The translations under genes were made by a program, and so were the position numbers. A stretch of DNA of 64,000 bases. It comes from Phallusia mammillata (taxonomy: Eukaryota). Positions 51,401 through 64,000 of this stretch are shown here, one piece after another (positions within the stretch are counted from its first letter, which is position 1; every line of letters begins with the position of its first letter). Location of the stretch: the NCBI GenBank assembly GCA_965637545.1, contig OZ281497.1, forward strand, positions 23,188,001 through 23,252,000, written 5' to 3'. The notes below the pieces were generated by a model, which was not told the origin of the DNA, did no database searches, and saw only the letters and a list, made by a program, of their open reading frames with translations.

Positions 51401-54400
51401 CAGCGATAAAATTACGATCGCTGGCGCGTACACTGTTTATATGGATTGTATCTGTTTGTTAAGCAAAAAGGGAACGGCTACACTGTATCTGATTCTGCTG
51501 GAGTCAGACACCATAATTTATGCTTTGTTTCAACTGCAAACAAAACGGTTGGTGATGCGGTGGCCTTGTTACTTGGCATCTGGGCCAGTTTTATACAATT
51601 TAGTGAGGAAAAATAGGGTTTGAACACTCAAAGCCTTTCAAATGGTTTTTATTTCGATTCTAAAGCGATATACTTGTCGGGTATGTTTGTCTTTATAGGT
51701 CAATGTTGCAGTTTCGGAAAAAAACATTTATCAAATGGGAACTGTAACTAACAAAACACAAACTCTTTTGAAGCAATGTTAATCAAACCCGTACAGGTAT
51801 CTGCCTTGGGTTCGAATTTCAGTCCGCATTTGTTAATTAGGAAGTCTCTAGCATACTATAATGTCTCTAGTATGATTTATACCAAGATGTGTAGTTGTGC
51901 GTTCACGTTAACGCCCCTTTACACTAGCATGTTGCAGTTAAACGTACTAAAAATTGCGCTTTTCAGTTTAATTCACGTTTCAAACGGACATCTGGTTACA
52001 TTTAGAATAACGACCTCCGACCTGATCTCTATAACCAAACGTCAGCTTCCCGACGCGTGCACAGGGCGTTTTCGGGGGCGTGCCCGGCAATCGAGAGTTC
52101 AACGAACCCAATTGTAAAGTGGATTTGGCTGTAGTTGTGAAATTCCACTTCAACAAGACCGAGTTTACCGTTGCGTCAAGACACAAATTCACCACGGGAC
52201 AAAGTCTAACCCTTAAGTATGTGGGAAGACGAAGGGCTGTGACGTCAATGTTGCGAAGTTATTTTCAGCGTCGATATTGCATTAGTGCAATTATGTTGCT
52301 ATGTTTTCTTCCAGAGAAGAAAGGAACACATCTCAAAGTGCTTTAAAAACATAGTTAAACGAAAATGCCACCAATAAAATTTACAACACAAATTTATATT
52401 TTAAAATGGCCGTAACCAAACTGTTGAACCGTGTGTCGAACAATGGTTACATACATATAAGTGGGTTGTAAATGTCTGCTAAAGTAATTTCTTGTGTTGA
52501 CCGATCGTAAACTATTTTGAAGGCCAATAGAGCGCAAATATTTTGTTTTCGGTCAACCGTAAACCAGCTCGTCCGTTTAGCAAATATTTTGCAATGTCGC
52601 ATTTTGAGATTACAACGGGATGAACCGCTTGAAAAATACATGAGCTGTAATACTAACGCTGTTTAGTGTTATAATTTCTTTCTTTGAAACGTTTTGAGGA
52701 ACAATATTATATAACCAAACCTTTTACTTGACCTTTTTTTCGCCAATTCAACTCGTTAAAAATACAAATTAAGTTATGGAATTGTTTCTTGTGATTGCAT
52801 AAAGCCGAAAGCAAAAGACCTAATTACAATAAAAAAGGTTGCAAACGGACGTTTTAGCACGCCCCCTAAAGTGCCAACCCAATACCAATGCACTCAAATG
52901 GGCATCCAAAGGGCGAAGCACCTTTTGCAAGTCCTATAAGCTTCATGCAAGGCCACTACATGCAGTCGGACTTAGTACTTCGACCTCGATCGTTATAGCA
53001 GATCGCTGGTAAACAACAAAAAACTATATCTAGGCCATGTTGATAAACACTTGCTGCACACCACTGCAAATATAATACGTGGTATATGTCGAGTTTTTGT
53101 TGACATGGCAATGCAGAACATGCACCCGAATGTATTACTTGTGTAAAATACATGCTGAGTAGCTATTTATACACTATAACTGACACGGCTGTAGTTTGCG
53201 AAAAATTGTTAATTTATCTAAGGTTGTTTTCTGCTGTGTGCGAGTGACATAGATTCCAGATGCTACGCACAGCGAATACCTTTCAAGGTCGGAATTTGTG
53301 CAATGTTTGCAAAAGCGAAATCTGACGAAGGTCTATTGCTGGTTGCTCATCATAGGCATACCAAACACAACCTTATTTGTTTCTGTGTAAGCCCAATTTG
53401 TGACCCTTTTGACGTTGTTTTTGCTTTTGCCGTCATGTTAGAAACAAACACTTAGTTTTTTTACGTTTAGTTAGCACTTCAAGGACCACTTGGTACTTCA
53501 AGGTAAATCTGTAAGCAGGTGTAAAAACCTGGACCCTAATTTGTGATGTACCGAATGAGGCTAGAATGTTAAGTTTGCCAAAATAAAATAGCAACAAACA
53601 TATGGACAGGAGTAAAGTCAGCGCTTTTGTTTTACAAACTAAACCGAACAGCCTTATGTAGGAGTAGAGTTATAGGACAAAAGCAGGTCAAAACGACCAT
53701 GACAACTACATAAGTAAACATTCTTCGTGTGTAAAAGTTTACCTTTGCCTAGGGATTCGGAACTGACCCGAAAGTCATCGGTCTTGTCGGCGGGCAGATC
53801 GTCCCGCTCGTTCACCAGTGACGTGGCGATCGCTGATTCGTTGGCCTGATAATAACAAAACAAATAAAATGAAAATATAAAACATTTTTATGTTACTATT
53901 TAAAATAACCAAGTGAAATGGCACATAAAACTTGCTCTGAACTAAGAGTTAAACAAACTAACCTGCGAAACAAGCCTAGCCTGTATATCTTAGGTCGAGT
54001 TGAAGTTCAGCACGACCTTTTCATACTTGTTTTCACTACTTTATCTAAAGAGTTTTTTTAACGGACAAAACGTTCGCCTGATTGGGCTTAGCGTCGTGGT
54101 CATAAAAATTTGAAATGAAATATCACTTCGGTTTGCTTGTTAAGATTTACAACTGTACAAAGCGCGAATAAACATGTTGATTATTGGCTGATGAAGTTCA
54201 CGTTAAGGTAACTGTTTAGCCCACAGACATACCCTATTGGTTAATACTCAACCAGGTGATAAGTCTATAACGACCAAAAAACATGTACTTTTAGCCTAAA
54301 ATGGTCATCGTTTGGGAGGATTTTTAGAAAATCAACTCCTGAAATCTCATGAGCCGAGATGTTATCGAACTCAAGTTTATTGGCATCTGTTATCTTTGGA

Positions 54401-57400
54401 GTCATAAGAGTCCAAGATTGTCGACATACACAGTTATGTGCTTTATCTGGACCTTATCAGTTACAGGGCGAGTTTTAGCGTCATTGGTGACGTAGGAATG
54501 TTACGTCACTTGGCTGGGAAATTTAAGATATTAATTGGTTGAAAGGCTGTTACTTTCATGGCAATTTTTCCAACGTCCTGTCGTGCGAAACACAAGTTTT
54601 AACAACATATTGTCCTACTTTAGGATGGGTAAAATAACAAAAAAACATTTTGGTGGCAACGTAGCCCAACCGAAACCAGAGCTGAAACTGTAAATGCAAA
54701 GGTAAGCAATTAAGGCTCTTTAACTGCGGTTTGACAAACAACGGCCACACAAAAGCGGGTTCTAATTAAACTTTACGAAGCGACCTGGCACTTATAGCTG
54801 GGTACAAGTTCCAACCTGTTGCACTTCGGCAGTTCGCTGGAAGTGTGTTGGCTGCGTGATGGGGGCGTGTTATGGGCGTGACGGAAATCAGGCCGATGTC
54901 GAAACAATCGTGAGAGCAAATAGTTTATCGCGGTTAACGGCGGTTAAGTATTTACGAGCAAGGCTTAACTTTTGTGATTTCAACGGTTTTGAGGGATCAG
55001 GAATGAAAAAGACGCCGTGAAGGTAAATGTTTGAAAACGGGATGATCACAAAGTTATAAAAAGCACACAAAGTTTACTGGGGAATAAAAAACATGAATGA
55101 AAAAATGTTTTAAAGTGAAAAATGTGGTTTACTGGAAATGTCATGACATGACCCCTTATACTTTTTATACATCCAACACCCGAATCTATTTTTTTAATTT
55201 GTATCCGGTATAATAACACTACAAAACATTAAAAAGTTCGGGTCAACTTAGAGGCAGATTTCCTTAATTATTTGTTTTTTACTGAAATTGTATAAGGGGG
55301 AAAAAGTTGGCATCTTCGTACGTCATTTGAGTAGCTTTAGTTTTCTCGCAAACATTGGACAAGTTTTTCGAAAGTTCAAACATGAACAAGTATTGTCACT
55401 TTACATGGTCATATACGGGAGATCGTGTCATCAAGTTGCGATTCAACTTACTGAGGTGTTCTTGTCGCACGGTGTGTCGTAGCCAGAATCGCAATGACGG
55501 GTGCCATCAACTTTTGACACCATATGTCCTTGTTCCAGTTCCATCGCTTCTGTTAAAAACCAGTATGGTGATATAAAACAGGACTGGAGAACGAAAACAC
55601 TACCAAACCATACTTTATTGAATGTCAGTAAAACCCTTTAGAAGTTAGACCTGTTTTTGATAAATTGGTTTTTTTATGGTTGAGATCAGCCACAAGGTTA
55701 CAATCAAAAATGGACTCATCGAATAACGTTTTTTTTGGCTTTACAAAGGGTTTTTGGTTCTAACAGAGTCTAGCCTACACTAAAAATGTGCAATTCCAAA
55801 GTATGTTGAAGTTCACCAAGTGGAAGAAAAAAAATGCTTATTCTAGTTAATACGCAAAAAGCGTTTGTTTTTGCAAAACCCATTTTAGCAGCTAGTTATT
55901 GACCCCATTTCTGCACCACAACCATGCCACGCGGTCGACACGTGCTATGGGCGTCAAAATCACGTGAAACAACATTCTGGGTTCGTATATTTGCGACGGT
56001 TTTACGATCAACGAAGCGGTTGTATTCAGAGATGGGCAATCATTAACCAGCAGCTGAGGTCGTAACGATACATGAAGATTGGACGAAGATTAAACCACGC
56101 CCATTTTTAATAGGGGTGTGTCTAATCTCCGAACGAGCAAACAAATCTAAGAACTTCTTATGACTTTAACCAAAGTCGAAACCATTATGTTTCAGTACGC
56201 TACTAAACGTACACAATCCCTGGTTAATTCTGAGCAAAAAGATACAAGCCACTATTTGAGTGTAAAACATTAAAACGTTTCGACAGACGATGACAATCGA
56301 AAAATAATTTATTGTGCAGAAAAGATACTTTACTTTTCTAAATTATATCAGTTTACACAAGTCTAGTTATGGGGGGCATAAAGGACTTAAATAACACGTA
56401 AGTGAAACTGATATAGAATACAGCGTAAATCACAGACATATGTCACGTTCGCAATCTCAAATAAGTAGAGCGGTATAGGTGACCTTTCTTTCAAAACCAA
56501 GCAAATGGTTAATAAAAGTTAAGTTAAACCGATCGACGTTGGATTTCTGCTTACCTGCTTTCTTCTGTTTCGCTCTGCGGCGAATTCGTGGCACAGCGAG
56601 AAACTGAACAAGCAAACCAGTGAGAAGTATCGAAGCCAGGCTGATGACCACAATAGCCCAAATTGGCAAGTTGTCGAAGCCGAGTACTGAAAAAAGTCAA
56701 ACGAAGTTTCAAAACGTTTTATTGAAAAGCACATTTTTTTAGAAATCTTTAATACACGATTAGGACGGGCAAACTTTTTTTGTCGTGTCGCACAATGTCG
56801 TTTGCGCGCATAAATGAGTCTTCTATACACTTTTGACTTTTCACAAATGCTTTCTTGTTTTTGGGTTTGCATTGTCATGATGAGTTTGGCACTTCTGGTA
56901 AACATATCTACGTTGGTAAAAAGAATGTATTGGGACAATTTCTGCCTCAAGGAATACGGAAATTTCATCACACAAAAAATGCAGTTATGTAACAGCAGTT
57001 AAGCTGACTTCAAGCGGTTTTAAACCGAGGAGTTGGAACTTACGCGGGGCGCCGGAAAACATGATTGAAAAGAAGTTGATTCCGATGGTCAGACCGTAAA
57101 ACACTGGAAGAAGCAACAGTCCAGTTTTCAGTGGATTTTCCTGTTAATGCAAAATCCATCAAATAAAAAATAATAATTCAAATAATATCGTCCATTGTAG
57201 GAAAATTTCAGCACCGAATGTTACATCAGAAATAAAAATTTATTGTTTACAGGCACTTAAAACTACATAAACAGCACACATGTACATGAAAGTCAATTGA
57301 AATTCATTTGTATCATCACTTCATCCCGTTTTCATCGTTAAACGGTTGCGTACAAGGGCACAGAAAACAACATGGGTTATCGAGTCAAGTGTATTGCTAT

Positions 57401-60400
57401 TTAAAAGTTGCTTCGGTTTTGTGTTCAAGGCATGTTACAGTACATAATAGAATAGGTTAATATCTTCTTTTAATCGTACACAAAAAACTCAAACTATTAT
57501 CAACCCCAAAACTTGGTGTCGACTGCCCCGCCCAGCCTGTCAATGACAGTCACTATACCAAAGTTGTGATCGATTGGGTTGTAAAGTCTACAAATAGCTA
57601 TTTGTGGTTAGGTTTCCGTTTAATAATGCGGCAATAAATATGTATTTTGCACTCAAAGCAATATTATTGGCCTCAACAAATCTTGTTTTCTTTGATCTTT
57701 TAGGCGTTTTATGACCCTTGATTATAGGATGAAAAACCAAACCTGGGAAAATTACACTTTTTGGCACTTTTACGGAGTGTAGCAATATTTATACCTAGTG
57801 CGGTTGCACACTACAAAAGCTTCATTGGGACTTTTAAACTGACGGATGAATCACGCTCAAACAGCCGGATATTTGTCTTTAATATATCGGACAGACGTAG
57901 AACAGAGTTTATTTGTTTTGTCCACAAACAATCTTACCTAAAATCGCTTACATGGCACGCAACAATGTGTGCCTTCATACTGGGGACAAGGCCACTTGTT
58001 TTCAAGGTCAGGATTTCAATGTCAATAGTACGGTCACGTGACAACTTACCCGTCGTAAAACCAGGTGATCAATGAAAACGAATAATGCAATCGCCATGAG
58101 ACCAGATATCACCGGTGAAATAAACCAACTTGCAACTAAAAAACAACAATGACACTCATTAGACACAATTAGATGAGAATGAGATCAACGCCAAGTATTT
58201 CATGCATGTGTTGATAAAACTATTTTAAATTGTGATCAGTCTCTTAAGATGCTTCGCTCACCAATCAGTCCCAGTTTTGTCCAGTTGATTCCAACCGTGC
58301 CCACAGCGACCAATGAGAAGCCGATACAGGATCCCACAATGCTGTGCGTGCCCGAAACGGGGAGCTTGAAGACAGTGGCGACCAACTGCCAAATCGCTGA
58401 GCCTGAAGTGTTGAAATAAAATTTATTAGTGCGTGTTTATTTCGTTTTCGGTCAGTACAACTGTATGGAAGAACTTGTGGGGTAAATGCTGAAGCACATT
58501 TTTTCAAAATCGCATTCTTACTTTATTAGACCCATATGTTTTGGCAACCGAAACGGTTATAAATATTGTATTTGTATAATAAAAGAGATTTGGAATACAA
58601 GCTGCACTGTAACGTGTCACAGTATCCACAAATACCCCAAAGTTCTCACAAATCTTATAGATGTGATAATATATAGCCACGTGTGAGTTGCCTCAAACGG
58701 GCGATACGATGCTTTGTTTGCATCAAGACAGCGCGTGCGCTCTGGTTTTCGCCTTTGCATGCTGCTAGAAGCTCGCAAATTTCCTACCAAACATGGCGCA
58801 CAATTCCCCCAGCATCAGGAGTTCGGCGCCGTTTTCGATGTCGTCGTACATTGTCACATCAGTGATCCCTTTTCTTATCGTCTCACCCACCTTGGCGCCG
58901 AGCAGAAGGGCTCCGCCGGTCTCAAAAATCGTGGCCAGGATGCACGCCTGCAGTCATACTGGGTGTCAGATCAAAGGGGAAGGGGCCGGGCTGTCGCGTG
59001 ACAGCTGATTTGCCCTTTTAGCACTACTTAGGGCTGCAAGATTTTGTGATGAAAGAAGGTAAACTTCAAAAAGGCGGTGATAATTGCGAGGTTGGGCGTA
59101 GAAGGATTAAATTTTCACGACAAAAAATTCCTGGGAACGGCTTTTAAAAGATAAGGTGGAGACCGTAGCGAAGCAAGTTTTGCGATTTGTTTTTGAACAT
59201 TTGTTGGGTGATTTTATGTGTGTATAGCTTGTACGGCGGGGCTTTTGAAGTATCGCAGTTGAAAAAACAATCTTCAAACTTATCTTTCAAGTCGCATGCA
59301 AGTTATCAAAATCTTAACAAAAAAGGATTCTGACTCTTTAGTTTTAAGTTCTAAAGTTAGTTCTAAAGTGTTGAGGTGTTGCCATATTTGAAACAAACAG
59401 CGTTTTTGCGACGAAAAGTTTTTACCAGTGAAACAAGTAAACAGCTAAAACACAACACGACCTCAACTCGTGAAGGTCGTAAAGAGTATTTGCGCTTTCA
59501 CCGTCGTTAACGATATTGCGCCATAAACTCAATTGTTTCCGCAGTTGGCGCTGCACAACAGGGTGACGTCATCATTAAATGACGTGCCCGGATTACAGAC
59601 CACGAGGAACACGCGTGCGCAAACCTAGAAATTCGGTTCCAGCCATATCTTTGTGTGTGGGGAAATGGATTGCGCCATTGGGTTTATCGATTTTTGATGC
59701 CAGTAACAAAATTGCGCAACAGCTGCAGAAAAAAATGTTTTTTCCGCCACAAAATCCCGAAGGCTATTTCGTGAAATAAAGGCGGTGGTCTTTTACCGTA
59801 ACACATACTCACCTGTTTAAGAGTGAGGACTTTTGCCCCGACAGTTGTGCCGAAGCTATTGGCGACGTCGTTTGCACCAACTGCAAAAGACAGTATAAAG
59901 GCCACCACGAAACCGACAACGAGGATCCATATCAACGACTCGTTGTCCCATGGCACCCCAGCAGTAGCTGTTAAAACATAAGGCTGATTACTAAAAGTTT
60001 TAGAGGGAGGCCTGCATGATGCCGCTTTTAGGTTTGGGTTATTGCCTGGTGAATAGGTTTGATGGTACATACCGAATGTTCATGAAATGTGATGCAGGTG
60101 CACTTTAACGGTTCAGTTCGGACATTTTGGAATATGTATTATAGTTAAGCAAAAAGGTTTAGGCACAGTCGCATTTTGGACCTTAAATATAGCAAAATGT
60201 ATAACAAACATTTTTTACACAGATTCATCTACACTCGGATGCGCAGCTCCTCACCGCGTGTTAAAACGCCCACTCAACGCCCAGTTGCCGTTCTTAGCCA
60301 ATCAGATCGCTTCAATCGGCGGGCGGCGCAGCCTAATCACGTGTTTTAACGCGGGAGAGTGCGCGAAAGGCGCAATGTGAAAAAGTGCGCGTTTTTTGCT

Positions 60401-60941
60401 TATTCGGCTCTGAAAGGCGTAGTAAATTTTAGCGCGAATCAGTCATACCGACAGTCGACTATATCCTGTCCTGATCATCCGCCAACTCTTGTTTGTGTTA
60501 TGCCACGACAAACTATTTGTCAAAAAATGATGTACGGTTTGCATGTTTCAAACAGTCTAACCAACGTTTACTGCTTCGTCAGTTACATTTTAAGCAGCGC
60601 AACCGCTAGTGCCCACTAACCACACAACCCATTCATAAACCGGCGCCATTCCTTTGTTCTTTAGCAGAGCGTTTTCGCGCCAAGTCAAGAGTATTTTCAA
60701 GTATTTTTAGGCATGACAGTTGACCAAGCCACAAAGGTAAAGAACAAGGTTATTATGTGCGATCATTCCCATATTTAACCGTACTACAATCTTAGAAACG
60801 TAAACACATAAAAGAATTAAAAATTAAAATACAGTAGAACGTACAGAAAGAACACCTTACTTATCCTCAACAAATGTACTTACTTTCAAAGGCACTCCAT
60901 AGTTGGGTAGCACCCATTGTTACACCAGTTGAGACTTCCAT
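48472..60941 (-). CDS. SLC20A1/2-like: Sodium-dependent phosphate transporter, SLC20/PiT family, about 560 aa
   Basis: Exons 60941-60884, 59967-59813, 58947-58788, 58402-58262, 58135-58050, 57140-57044, 56686-56555, 55549-55452, 53845-53743, 50962-50922, 50303-50119, 49451-49266, 49016-48932, 48627-48472; 1683 nt in total, in frame. Both PiT signatures present ([11 protein letters not shown] and AHGGNDVSNAIGP), plus [11 protein letters not shown] and [11 protein letters not shown]. The first exon and the three loop exons are less certain. Confidence 0.9.
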
Positions 60942-63032
60942 CTTAGAATTGTCAAGTTGTCTGAGCTTCCCTTCTAGCAGAAGTGACTGAAATAGCAGTA
61001 ATAAGCTTTAAGTTTTTTTCCAGTCGTCTTTGACCGGAATGACAGAACAGTGCTGCTTCTGTGCCTTATAACTAAGCACACTCGACTACTTCCTTTGGGC
61101 TGAAACGCAAAACAATTGACGTCATCAGCCATTACGTCGATCAGTCGGCGGCCCATAAGTCCAACGCATGGTAGCTGAAAAAGCCTAATCGCGCCATACT
61201 GTTTTATTGGTCGTTGTGGATGCACTAATTCAACCCGCAGCTCATAAACTTTTATGTCACAAAACCACAATAAACCAGTCTCGTTTTCGCATAAGGTACA
61301 ACATGTACTGCCCTTGGACCCCAACTGCCCAGCAGGTCTACCTGACTCTAATAAAGCGACAGCTGTTCTACGCGTTTAGACATCATCTCTTGCGGGCGCC
61401 GGCACAACGTAACGTTAATGTGTCGTCACACAGACGTGATGACGTCGTGACCCTGGCATGCCTCTGACACGCGGAGACCACGCAACGCTTCACATTTCCG
61501 CGATGGCCCAGCGACTGTAGTGTACCCCTGCATAAGTTAAAAATCGTATTGCGTAACTTTGAATACCAATACGGCGAGTCAAGCAAGATTTCTTTTGTTT
61601 CGATATTAGGAGAAAACCCTGCCACAAGACCTGGTGCTCTTACGCTACATCTTTTCTAAAAAACAGCTCAAATTAAACTGTTTCACAAACACTGATTTGA
61701 TGCTTGATAAACTGCTGTAACAGTGCTGTTTAGTGTTTACAGTTAATGCTACAAATAAAAAATGTTATCCTCTGTACACATTGTTGATGACACAGTTAAC
61801 AAAACAATACAATGATCTTGCCACTTTAAACATGTGTTTGGTGTGTTTTTAAAACAAAAACTGAACGATATAACATCTGTATGTCATGAATCATCGACGT
61901 TTGTTCGTGTACCATTTTCCTTCAATGTAATGGCTTCAACCGTCAAGATGTGGTTTTATGCAAACTCTTTCCTGTTTGTAGCACTCCCCAATGTTGTCAC
62001 TGAATAAAATACATCAAACTCCTGACACCCTTGCACTGCAGAAATCTATTAGGATAATTATTGATTTCTAATAAAATTGCGAACGGTGTGGATTTTGAAA
62101 CATTGATAAAGGTTAAGTTTACCTTAACAAAACACGACAGGGACAGCGCCCATTTTAAACTATCCGTAATGGCCAGGCTAAGTAGAATGTCGAATGATAG
62201 TACATTAAATCAAGAATACAAATGCACATCCTCTCGCGATAAATACAAATTCATCAGAGGATATTTGCAACACACCCTTAATACTGTGCATTACAAAAGA
62301 AATGGGATTATAGGCTAAATAACACAATGGAAAAATAGCTTAATGAATTTTGGCGATTTTTTCTAGCAGCACTATAGGCTACCAGTGCATTAACACTTGT
62401 GTTTTTTTTAATTTGCGAAGTCCTAATTGTGCAGCGCGTCGCGAAAAATTCCCTATCAGGGCCGCGGAATGCGTGCTGGAGACCCCTGGTTTAAAGTGAA
62501 GTATATTAACTAAGAGTGTGGTGAATGTGCTGTGAAAGGTTAAGCGCAACAACATGCAGGTCAGCATTCAATCGTGTCGCAGTGAAGCATGTGAAATACC
62601 CGTCGTGAAATTAGTAGGGCCTGTGAACAGCTTCAAGCGCCGGTACCGGAAATTAGAATAGGTCAGCGTAAATTTGGTTTGTAGCTTTTGTTTCTTTATT
62701 GTTTACAAAAATAAAAAACTTTTGTTTTATAAACACATTTTACTCTTCAGCTTAAAACCTTTGGCAAACCGATCCGAATTCCTTGCAAATAACTCTACTT
62801 CGTCAAAAAGCAAACGAATTGCTCGATAGCGCCACTTAACGACTTAAATCAAAGTATAAATTACGAAACAGTTTATTTCTCCTCAAACATACATAATTTT
62901 TGTTTTCTTGGGATTAGTTGGTGTTTATTGCAAAAAAATAAGGATAAGCCGTTCGTTTGAATTAATTTTGTAATAAAGGACTGATTAAATTTATTGTTTT
63001 CATATTTGAAAACATTTTTATTTTGTTTTCTG

Positions 63033-63511
63033 CAGTGTTTCATACCGGAACGGAACGAAACGAAATAACGTTATTCGTTCTGAGCATATTATTTATTTCG
63101 TTATTTCGTTCTGGACCGATATTTTCATTTCGTTCCGGTCTGACCGAAATAAATTTATAACGGTATTTTTCGGTATTTCGGTCTAAACAAAAGAACATTT
63201 CTCTCTGGTCTTTAAGCGAAAAAAGAAAGTTGCAACACACAAAAATTATTGTCGATAGTTGTTACGTCACATAACATTTGTCAATGATGGTCAAACGAAT
63301 GTAAATTGTAAGAGCTTAACGGCGCGAAATTTTCAGCAATTGTTTCATGTCAAATGTTCAGAACGAAATACCGGAATAAAAAATAACGGTATTTCGTTCC
63401 GTTCCTGTATTTTGAATTTTTTTATTTCGGTATTTCGTTCCGGTATTTGAGCCAAAAATTATTTATTTCGTTCCGGTATAACGTTCCGTTCCGTTCCGGT
63501 ATGAAACACTG
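63033..63511. mobile_element. hAT-type MITE, 479 bp
   Basis: TIR CAGTGTTTCATACCGGAACGGAACG; perfect 8-bp TSD GTTTTCTG; many TTCGTTCC/GAAATA subterminal repeats. Confidence 0.9.
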
Positions 63512-64000
63512 GTTTTCTGATTCGGGTCCATATTTGCATGCTATTGGTTGAAAACATATTTTCTATTTAATGCGACCGCAAAATTACAGGTTGAAAATAA
63601 AACGATCTGTCAAGAGCGTTAACAGAAAAAGCATTTTTATAGGACAACACACCATATCAAAAAGAAGTTTCATTGGAAAACGTATCCTGTTGCTAATTAA
63701 GACATTTGAATCGCCCCTCGCATAGCCCGTGGTAGTTTATGTTCCTGTATACCTTTTTACTAAGCTTTTAAATTTTCCTGTTACGGTACAACATTGTTTC
63801 GTCATGGCATTGCGTAACTATTTCGTCAGAAATAAATGCTGTGTCACTGTTGGGTTACCTGATGCGTGACGGTGACCGGGCAAAATTGCAGGATGTTTTG
63901 GGTTTGTTGCGAAACGAAACCATTAAGTCATCAATTACCGGTACTTTAACAGCACTTTATAGCAGAGGGACTTTGGTCATATCCCCCAGTTAAGGCATGC

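Noticed and set aside
51180-51623. 147-aa + strand ORF inside an SLC20 intron
   Set aside because: Non-ATG start, no recognisable domain and no splice support.

Overview
Eukaryotic, AT-rich, intron-rich animal DNA; the compact intron style suggests an invertebrate chordate such as an ascidian (inference only). I could rebuild spliced genes by hand with consistent GT-AG sites and intron phases: the 3' part of RMC1/C18orf8 (+), a rolling-stone-like membrane protein (+), an SLC35G-like EamA transporter (+) and a 14-exon SLC20/PiT phosphate transporter (-). The most unusual content is a 22-kb array (12.9-34.6 kb) of six paralogous GNAT N-acyltransferase genes resembling insect-type arylalkylamine N-acetyltransferases, all built on coding exons of 153/153/125/~232 nt. 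Four look intact, two of them ending in the peroxisomal signal -SRL; one lacks its last exon and one has a stop at codon 4. Introns and intergenic DNA hold many non-autonomous DNA transposons with readable TIRs and TSDs (hAT, Mutator-like, CACTA-like), including a four-level nest at 36.4-41.0 kb, plus a zone of interlocked inverted repeats at 27.4-29.7 kb and a 32-bp minisatellite. Family assignments come from my recognition of motifs, not database searches. No CRISPR, rRNA or convincing tRNA genes were seen.
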